In this document: piece after piece, positions 55,466 through 61,685 of the stretch
Position numbering within the stretch: the stretch's first letter is position 1
How the letters are laid out: the number at the start of each line of letters is the position of its first letter
NCBI RefSeq assembly: GCF_017302985.1
Contig: NZ_JAFIMU010000011.1
Location: forward strand, 1-61,685
Source: Corallococcus macrosporus
GTDB lineage: Bacteria > Myxococcota > Myxococcia > Myxococcales > Myxococcaceae
DNA: 61,685 bases
Direction: 5' to 3'
Made by a program: the position numbers and the translations under genes
Notes under the pieces: generated by a model
Told to the model about the DNA's origin: nothing
The model's input: only the letters and a program-made list of their open reading frames with translations
Database searches by the model: none

Positions 55466-56062
55466 TCAGCCGTGGAGCGTCTCTCCGGCCTCCAGCATGG
55501 CGATGAACTTCTCCAGCCGCCGCACGCGCGTCTCGGGCTTCTTCGCGTCGTGGAGCCGGTAGAGGATGGCGTAGCGGTTGGCGCTCTTGAGCGTGGCGAA
55601 GAACGCCTTCGCCTTCGGGTTCTTCTCCAGCGCGAGCGTCAGGTCCTCCGGCACCTCGATGGTCTTCGCCCCCGCGTACGCCGCCTCCCAGCGGCCGTCC
55701 GCGCGCGCGGCCTCCACCTCGCGCAGGCCCGCGGGCTTCATGCGTCCGGAGGCGACCAGGGCGTCCACCTTGGCGCAGTTGATCTTCGACCACTTGCTGC
55801 GCGGCTTGCGCGGCGTGAAGCGCTGGAGCCAGTACTCCGCGTCGAACGCGTCCTTCTGCCCGTCAATCCAGCCGTAGCAGAGCGCCACCTCCAGCGCCTG
55901 CGGGTACGTCACGGACGGGATGCCGGACTCCAGCTTCGCGAGCTTCAGCCAGACACCCGGCGAGTCGGCGTGGTGCTTCTCCAGCCACTTCTCCCAGGCC
56001 TTCTCCGACGCGAACGGCATGGTGGGGAGTTCCTGCTGCTTCGCCTTCGCCTTCGCATTCAT
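55466..56062 (-). CDS. YdeI/OmpD-associated family protein
   Basis: Full-length similarity pattern to the YdeI family: 'FASEKAWEKWLEKHHADSPGVWLKLAK...', '...RFTPRKPRSKWSKIN' and 'RVRRLEKFIAMLEAGE'. Confidence 0.7.
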   Translation of the reverse strand: MNAKAKAKQQELPTMPFASEKAWEKWLEKHHADSPGVWLKLAKLESGIPSVTYPQALEVALCYGWIDGQKDAFDAEYWLQRFTPRKPRSKWSKINCAKVDALVASGRMKPAGLREVEAARADGRWEAAYAGAKTIEVPEDLTLALEKNPKAKAFFATLKSANRYAILYRLHDAKKPETRVRRLEKFIAMLEAGETLHG

Positions 56063-56138
56063 CCAGGGTCACGCCTTTCGCGACGGGTTCATGACAATCC
56101 CACTCTAGCGGCGGAAGGCAGCGGGCGCGGAAGCGGTT

Positions 56139-56894
56139 ATGAAACACGCCATGGCTGACTCCAAGACCCCGCCGCCCGGCGCCGTGCCGCCCTCGCTCGC
56201 CCGCGTGGCCTTCCACGCCGTGGCGGCAGGGCTCACGCCGCTCATCCCCGTGCCCTTCCTGGACGACTACGCCCTGCGCCAGGTGCGCGAGCAGTCCGTG
56301 CGCGACCAGTTCAAGGAGAAGGGCCTGAAGGCACCGGACAAGGCCGTGGCGGTGCTCGCCGGCTCGTACGACGAGCGCAGCCTGGGCGGCCGGCTGGTGT
56401 CCTATCTCAAGGCCGTGGCGCTCTTCCCGGTGCGCAAGGTGTTCCGCAAGGTCTTCTTCGTCCTCTGGGTGAAGGACTGCGTGGACCTGACCAGCGTGTG
56501 CCTGCACCACGGCTACCTGCTGCACCACGCGCTCCAGCGCGGGGACCTGGACGCGGCCTCGCTCCAGGGGGATGCGCCCCGGAAGGTGCAGGCCGCCATC
56601 GTCGCCGCGTGCGCGGAGATGGACGCCCGCCCCGTCAACCAGGCCCTGCGCCGCCTCTTCCGGAGCAGCCGCGTGCTGATGGCGGAGGCCACGCGCACCT
56701 TCCTCGACCCGAAGGCAGGCCCCCGCGTGCCCGACCCGAAGGGCGAGAGCGCGGAGGTGAAGTCCCTCACGGACCGGCTCCTCCAGGAGTTGTGGGAGGA
56801 GCGCGGCTACTTCACCGCGCTGGAGGCCCACTACGACAAGCACCTGAAGAGCGGCCTTGCGCCCTCCGGGCCCCGGGCCGCGACGGGCACCTGA
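56139..56894 (+). CDS. Hypothetical protein
   Basis: Codon usage typical of the host; no recognized domain. Confidence 0.4.
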   Translation: MKHAMADSKTPPPGAVPPSLARVAFHAVAAGLTPLIPVPFLDDYALRQVREQSVRDQFKEKGLKAPDKAVAVLAGSYDERSLGGRLVSYLKAVALFPVRKVFRKVFFVLWVKDCVDLTSVCLHHGYLLHHALQRGDLDAASLQGDAPRKVQAAIVAACAEMDARPVNQALRRLFRSSRVLMAEATRTFLDPKAGPRVPDPKGESAEVKSLTDRLLQELWEERGYFTALEAHYDKHLKSGLAPSGPRAATGT

Positions 56895-57902
56895 TCAGGG
56901 CACGGGCGCGGCGGCGGTCTGGAGCGGTTCGCGGATGCGGGCGGAGAAGTCGTCCCGCCCCTGCGCGGCCAGGGCGCGCGCGTTGATGTGGTAGCGCTGG
57001 CGGACCTGCTCCAGCGGCGCGTCCGTGTCGATGATGCCCAGCTCGTACGCGAGCGCGTCCGAGAACGCCGGCAGCAGCGTGCGGTGGTCGTACGGCACGT
57101 CCTTCGTGGCCACCTTCTCGAAGTGGCGCACCAGGTTGGTGGTGCAGTTGCTGGTGAGCGTGTCGTAGAACTCCGGCTGCGTGTGCAGCCCGTTCATCCG
57201 CTGCACCATGTCCATGAAAAACGCGGTGATGCGCTCCTTCGACGCGTTCACCGGATACACATACACGTCGTCGTGGCGGAAGTTGGAGCGCAGCTGCACC
57301 AGGTCCCGCTCGTCGCCCACGACGTAGGTGATTTCAAAGCGGCGGAACAGGCCACCCAGCGCGGAGAACGTCTCCCCCTGCTCGCGCCGCACCTCCACGG
57401 AGAACACCACGTGGCGGCCGTCCTGGAAGCCGAAGCTCACCATCGTGTGCGCGGCGCCGTAGACGCCGGAGAACGGCTCCACGATGAACGACGCGCCCGT
57501 GAGCGCGTCCGTGTCGTAGGTGGCCGTGTACCAGGCCGGGTCCCAGTCCGTGGTGCTGCGGTAGCGGAAGTCGCGCACCTCGTGCAGCGTCACCTGGGAG
57601 CCCGCGACCTCCGCCCACGGCGCCCGCGCCAGGTCCGGCGCCCAGTCCCGCGCGTTGGAGGGCTGGATCGTCCGCACCCAGCCGTACACGGACAGGCACC
57701 CCAGCAGCATCACCGCCACGCCCCAGCGCCGGGAGCGCCACCGCCAGGCCGCCACCGCCAGGGCCACCAGGGCCGCCGCGACGAGCGTCCGGGCCACGTG
57801 CGGCCCCTCCGGCCCCGTTCCTGTCAGGGCCAGGGCCAGCGAGGCCCAGGCGCCCCCCACGAGGAGCACGAGCCCCGACACGGCGTTCTTCCAGATGCGC
57901 AT
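56895..57902 (-). CDS. DUF4105 domain membrane protein
   Basis: N-terminal TM helices followed by a region matching the DUF4105 (Lnb N-terminal-like) pattern. Confidence 0.6.
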   Translation of the reverse strand: MRIWKNAVSGLVLLVGGAWASLALALTGTGPEGPHVARTLVAAALVALAVAAWRWRSRRWGVAVMLLGCLSVYGWVRTIQPSNARDWAPDLARAPWAEVAGSQVTLHEVRDFRYRSTTDWDPAWYTATYDTDALTGASFIVEPFSGVYGAAHTMVSFGFQDGRHVVFSVEVRREQGETFSALGGLFRRFEITYVVGDERDLVQLRSNFRHDDVYVYPVNASKERITAFFMDMVQRMNGLHTQPEFYDTLTSNCTTNLVRHFEKVATKDVPYDHRTLLPAFSDALAYELGIIDTDAPLEQVRQRYHINARALAAQGRDDFSARIREPLQTAAAPVP

Positions 57903-58089
57903 GCGCCCGAGTATCGGTGCCCCACGCCGCTCGTGTCACGGACGCGGATTCCGGGTGCAACCCCGCCGGCCGGCCGGGCGCGGATCCGCCCTCCTGGGAA
58001 GGCCCGGGATTTGTCGCATCCACCTACCTTGACCGCTTTTCCCCGGGTGTGCGACGAAAGGGGGTCCCCTGCTTCCAGGAGCCCCCCCG

Positions 58090-58317
58090 ATGAGCGACGA
58101 GCGCGAAGACACGACCATCTACAAGGTCGTCGTGAACCACGAAGAGCAGTACTCCATCTGGCCTGCGGACCGTGAGAACGCGCTGGGCTGGAAGGATGCC
58201 GGCAAGCAGGGCCTGAAGGCCGAGTGCCTGGAGTACATCAAGGAGGTCTGGACGGACATGCGTCCCCTGAGCCTCCGCAAGAAGATGGAAGAGGACGCGG
58301 CCCGCAACAAGAACTGA
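58090..58317 (+). CDS. MbtH-like protein
   Basis: '[49 protein letters not shown]' carries the MbtH signature (NxExQxSxWP...GW...CL.YI...WTDxRP). Confidence 0.8.
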   Translation: MSDEREDTTIYKVVVNHEEQYSIWPADRENALGWKDAGKQGLKAECLEYIKEVWTDMRPLSLRKKMEEDAARNKN

Positions 58318-58379
58318 GGGCCGCGCCGCGCTTCCCACCGCGCCCTCCCCGCTTCAACGGGGAGGGTGGGCCGGCCTCG

Positions 58380-59066
58380 TCAGAGGTCCGGCGGAGGCCT
58401 GACGCCCAGGTGGCAGGCGCGCAGGGCAAGCTGGGTGCGGTTCTCCGCGCCCAGCTTGCGGTAGAGCTGCGTGACGTGTGACTTCACCGTGCGCTCGGCG
58501 ATCTGGAGATGCGCGGCGATCTTCAGGTTGTCCGCGCCGCCCGCCACGTACTGGAGCACCTCGCGCTCCCGCTGCGTGAGCAGCAAGAGCACGCTCGCCG
58601 TGGGTGACGTCACCGGCGGATGCTCGAAGTCGTTGCGGAGCAACTGCACCGGGAAGAGGCGCTCGCCGCGCACCAGCGACTGGACCGCGGAGGACACCGC
58701 GTTCACGCCCAGCCCCGCGCGGAAGAGATACCCGGAGGCCCCTTCGTCGAAGCACTGGGAGATGACCTCCGGCGTGCTCACCGCGGACAGGAGCAGCATG
58801 CGCACTTCCAGCCGGCGCTTGCGTGCCTCGCGCAGCAGGTTGAGCCCCTCCGTCACGGAGCATCCGATGGCGGCCTCGCCGTCGCTCTCCACGTCGAGGA
58901 TGGCCACCTGCGGTGGATCCGTGCCGAGTCCGTCCAGGAAGCCGCGCACGTCGCGCGTCACCGAAGTGGAATGACCCTCACCCCGAAGCCCATCGGACAA
59001 GCCCTGCCAGGCCGCCCACGGTCCTTCGAGAATCGAAATACGCACTGCTGATTGATTCGCTGCCAT
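58380..59066 (-). CDS. LuxR-family response regulator (atypical receiver + GerE HTH)
   Basis: C-terminal 'TQREREVLQYVAGGADNLKIAAHLQIAERTVKSHVTQLYRKLG' is a LuxR HTH. N-terminal receiver-like domain with acidic pocket 'VAILDVESDGE'. Start taken at the ATG at 59066. Confidence 0.7.
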   Translation of the reverse strand: MAANQSAVRISILEGPWAAWQGLSDGLRGEGHSTSVTRDVRGFLDGLGTDPPQVAILDVESDGEAAIGCSVTEGLNLLREARKRRLEVRMLLLSAVSTPEVISQCFDEGASGYLFRAGLGVNAVSSAVQSLVRGERLFPVQLLRNDFEHPPVTSPTASVLLLLTQREREVLQYVAGGADNLKIAAHLQIAERTVKSHVTQLYRKLGAENRTQLALRACHLGVRPPPDL

Positions 59067-59251
59067 GCGATGGCCCCCCAGCCGTCGTGGCGAATTGCTT
59101 TCAATGCTACCTGTCGACTTCAACCTGCCCCGGAGTCGGTGGAAACGCGGCGGAACTTCCGCCTGTGCTGAGCGTGCGAGAACCGCGCTTCAACTCCATC
59201 CGGGGGTCTTGTCAGTGCTGCCCTGCGGACTGCGCTTGCGACTGCCGAACT

Positions 59252-59284
59252 GGCCCGTTCGGGCCGTTCCTCCTTTTCCGTTTC
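59252..59284 (+). terminator. Rho-independent-terminator-like hairpin (GGCCCG-TT-CGGGCC) followed by T-rich tract in 5' leader region of the RDD gene
   Basis: Perfect 6-bp inverted repeat with a 2-nt loop at ~59252-59265, then 'gttcctccttttccgtttc'. Confidence 0.35.
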
Positions 59285-59551
59285 AGGCAATTCCTGCCAA
59301 CCGAGACCCTAACATCATCCAAGGCCTGTTGCGAACCGCCCCTGTCGGGACTGTCAATTGCGCACGAATCGTATCGAAATCCAGGGCCTCGTCCGTCAGG
59401 TCGTGATCGCTGTCGTCCTGGGGACACGCATCCGGCGTCCACATTCCGATGTTTCTCTCGTTGTTTCGGGCAGTATCCAGGAGAGAGCGCGGCGATGCAC
59501 ACGGATGGCGCTTGTTGGACGCCAAGGGCGTATGCTGTGCGTCCCGCGCGC

Positions 59552-60331
59552 ATGACTCCCTCCGCCCCCGCACCCCACGTCGACGTCGCGACCCCCGAAC
59601 GCGTCGCGCTCTCCCTGCCCGTGGCCGGCATCGGCTACCGCTGTCTCGCGTGGTTGGTGGACGCGAGCCTGCTGTTCTTCTTCTGGGTGGCGCTCTACTT
59701 CGTCATCACGCTGCTGGTGTCCGACGTGCTGGGTGCCTTCCAGGCGCTGTCGGGGCTCACGCAGACACTGCTCGCGGTGGGCCTCTTCGCCACGCAATGG
59801 CTTTACTGGACGCTGGCGGAGGTCTTCTTCCATGGACAGACACCGGGCAAACGCGCGCTGCGCATCAGAGTGGTGCGTGAGGATGGCTCACCGGTGGGCT
59901 TCTTCGAAAGCGCGGTGAGAAACCTCTGCCGCGCGGTGGATTTCCTGCCGGTGCTCTACGCCACCGGTTGCATCACCATGCTGCTGGACTCGCGCCACCG
60001 CAGGCTGGGGGACCTGCTCGCCGGCACCGTGCTGGTGCGCGAGGAGGCCATCGACCTGGACAAGTACACCCAGGCGCCCACGACGGACGCCACGCCCGCG
60101 CAGACGCCTGGCGCCAGCGTGCAGCGGCCCCTGGACGCGGAGGACGTGGAGCTGGTGCTGGCGTTCCTCGCGCGTGCGCCGGGCCTGGAGCCGGAGGTGC
60201 GCCGGCGGCTGGGCGCGCGGCTGGTAGACCGCGTGGGCGCGTCGCTGACGGACGAGGAGCGCGCGCGCGTGCTCCAGTCCTCCGAAGCCACGGAGGCCTT
60301 CCTGCGCACGCGCGCGAAGGCGGCGCACTGA
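59552..60331 (+). CDS. RDD family membrane protein
   Basis: RDD-domain topology: 'GYRCLAWLVDASLLFFFWVALYF...GQTPGKRALRIRVVREDGSPVGF...RRLGDLLAGTVLV'. An in-frame ATG at 59495 is an alternative start. Confidence 0.65.
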   Translation: MTPSAPAPHVDVATPERVALSLPVAGIGYRCLAWLVDASLLFFFWVALYFVITLLVSDVLGAFQALSGLTQTLLAVGLFATQWLYWTLAEVFFHGQTPGKRALRIRVVREDGSPVGFFESAVRNLCRAVDFLPVLYATGCITMLLDSRHRRLGDLLAGTVLVREEAIDLDKYTQAPTTDATPAQTPGASVQRPLDAEDVELVLAFLARAPGLEPEVRRRLGARLVDRVGASLTDEERARVLQSSEATEAFLRTRAKAAH

Positions 60332-60332
60332 C

Positions 60333-61343
60333 ATGGCGGTGCCCCTGCCCACGTTCGTCACGAGGCGCCGGCCGGACTGGGACGCACTCCAGGCGCTGCT
60401 CACGCGCCAGCGCACGGGCCGCCTGGGGCTGACGGAGCTGCGCACGCTGGACACGCTGTACCGGCGCGCGGCCGCGGACCTGGCGCAAGCCCAGACGTTC
60501 TATCCGGGCACGGACGCGCACCGCTTCCTCAACCAACTGTGCGCGCAAGCGTATGGCGCCATCTACCAGCCGCCGCGCGAGCGCTGGGCCTCCACGCGCG
60601 ACTTCTTCCGCCGCGACTTCCCCGCCACGCTGCGCCGCGAGGCGCGCTTCGTGGGCGTGAGCGCGGGCCTGCTGATACTGGGCCTGCTGTTGGGCGCGCT
60701 GGTGGTGACGCTGGAGCCGCGCGGCGCGGAGCTGCTGGTGCCGGAGGGCGTGCGGCGCTACGTGGCGCAGGGACGCATGTGGACGGACGACCTCTTGTCC
60801 GTGGCACCGCCCAACGCCGTCGCGTCCGGCATCGCGACCAACAACCTCACCGTCACGCTGTTCGCGTTCGCGTCCGGCATCCTGCTGGGCGTGGGGCCCA
60901 TCTTCACGCTCGTGAACAACGGCGTGCTCATTGGCGCGGTGGGCGCGCTGTGCTTCCGCGAGGGCATGGCGGCAGGCTTCCTGGACTTCATCGCCGCGCA
61001 CGGGCCGGTGGAGCTGTCCATCATCGTCATCGCGGGCGGCGCGGGGCTGATGGTGGGCCAGGCGCTCATCGACCCCGGCGAGCTGCCGCGCGCGCAGGCG
61101 CTCCAGGCGCGCGGACGTGAGGCGGTGAAGCTGGTGGTGGGCTGCGCACCCTTCCTCGCCGGCATCGGCGTGGTGGAGGGCTTCATCTCCCCGGGTCACC
61201 TGTTCCCCACCTGGGCCAAGGTGGGGCTGGGCCTGTCATTGGGAGCGCTGTTCTGGCTCTACCTGCTGCGCGCGGGCAGGACGGACGCGGGCGCGGCGCG
61301 CGTGGACGTGCCGGACGCCATGGCCTCCAGCCGCTTGCGCTGA
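60333..61343 (+). CDS. Stage II sporulation protein M-like (DUF95) membrane protein
   Basis: Multi-TM region 'GIATNNLTVTLFAFASGILLGVGPIFTLVNNGVLIGAVGA' is typical of SpoIIM/DUF95. Immediately downstream of RDD. Confidence 0.65.
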   Translation: MAVPLPTFVTRRRPDWDALQALLTRQRTGRLGLTELRTLDTLYRRAAADLAQAQTFYPGTDAHRFLNQLCAQAYGAIYQPPRERWASTRDFFRRDFPATLRREARFVGVSAGLLILGLLLGALVVTLEPRGAELLVPEGVRRYVAQGRMWTDDLLSVAPPNAVASGIATNNLTVTLFAFASGILLGVGPIFTLVNNGVLIGAVGALCFREGMAAGFLDFIAAHGPVELSIIVIAGGAGLMVGQALIDPGELPRAQALQARGREAVKLVVGCAPFLAGIGVVEGFISPGHLFPTWAKVGLGLSLGALFWLYLLRAGRTDAGAARVDVPDAMASSRLR

Positions 61344-61678
61344 CGGTGCTTGAGGATGCGCTCGTAGGCGTCGTTGACCTCGCGCATCTGCTCCGCGGAG
61401 CCGCCCCGGTCCGGGTGCCGCTCCAGGGCCAGCGCGTGGAAGCGCGCGCGGATGACGTCCGGCGAATCCAGCGGCGACACGCCCAGCGTCTGGTACGGGC
61501 ACTGCTCCTGGACGGCGGTGAGCCACTGGTCCAGCCGGGCCTTCACCTCCACGAAGCGCGCGTCCGCGTCCGCGGTGTCCTTCACCGGGTGCGTGCGCAT
61601 CTTCGCGTCCGCGCGGAAGACCTCGCTGTAGGTGCTGGACACCCAGCGGTGGCATGAACCGCACCGGTAGTACTTCAC
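61259..61678 (-). CDS. J-domain (DnaJ-like) protein with N-terminal CxxC
   Basis: 'YQTLGVSPLDSPDVIRARFHALALERHPDRGGSAEQMREVNDAYERIL' contains the HPD motif. 3' end overlaps DUF95 convergently. Confidence 0.7.
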   Translation of the reverse strand: MKYYRCGSCHRWVSSTYSEVFRADAKMRTHPVKDTADADARFVEVKARLDQWLTAVQEQCPYQTLGVSPLDSPDVIRARFHALALERHPDRGGSAEQMREVNDAYERILKHRQRKRLEAMASGTSTRAAPASVLPARSR

Positions 61679-61685
61679 CCGGCTC

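Noticed and set aside
59065-59406. 113-aa ORF in the LuxR-RDD intergenic region
   Set aside because: No RBS, low-complexity translation. It overlaps the putative leader hairpin and is more likely non-coding.
3-61343. DUF58 at one window edge and RDD + DUF95 at the other, components that often form one MoxR-type operon
   Set aside because: They are ~58 kb apart on a linear window with unrelated genes between them, so this is treated as coincidental.

Overview
High-GC, Myxococcales-like chromosomal segment of about 61.7 kb, with G/C at nearly every third codon position, so most antisense ORFs in the six-frame track are shadows. The read is by eye; no searches or tools were run.

The main core feature is a complete cytoplasmic chemosensory operon: cheA (Hpt + kinase + two CheW-like domains), cheW, a truncated-haemoglobin/PAS/MCP receptor, an ABC1/UbiB-type kinase, an ABM monooxygenase-like gene, cheB and cheR. 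No cheY lies in the window.

Housekeeping and enzyme genes include a DUF58 (MoxR-associated) protein, an SNF2 helicase, Smr, DUF72, ProC, a P450, PhzF, Hsp20, an M1 aminopeptidase, a GT39 glycosyltransferase, an SDR, LysR, a long aromatic amino-acid hydroxylase, PBP4, prolyl oligopeptidase, a D-Ser dehydratase-like protein, MbtH-like, RDD, DUF95 and a J-domain protein.

Accessory and unusual content:
- A translationally coupled Fic-domain gene followed by two tandem paralogous unknown proteins sharing a GGYCWCH motif.
- A SitA/SitI-like lipoprotein nuclease toxin plus immunity pair whose toxin domain has foreign codon usage, with an IS630-family element inserted 11 bp upstream of the toxin start.
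- A bacterial major vault protein (MVP) homologue flanked by a small Cys-rich secreted peptide.
- A macro + nucleoside-2-deoxyribosyltransferase-like fusion protein, divergent from a tandem cNMP-binding protein.
- A LysM + C39-like secreted hydrolase without an N-terminal signal peptide.
- A secreted protein carrying a triplicated cysteine motif.

No rRNA, tRNA or CRISPR was found.
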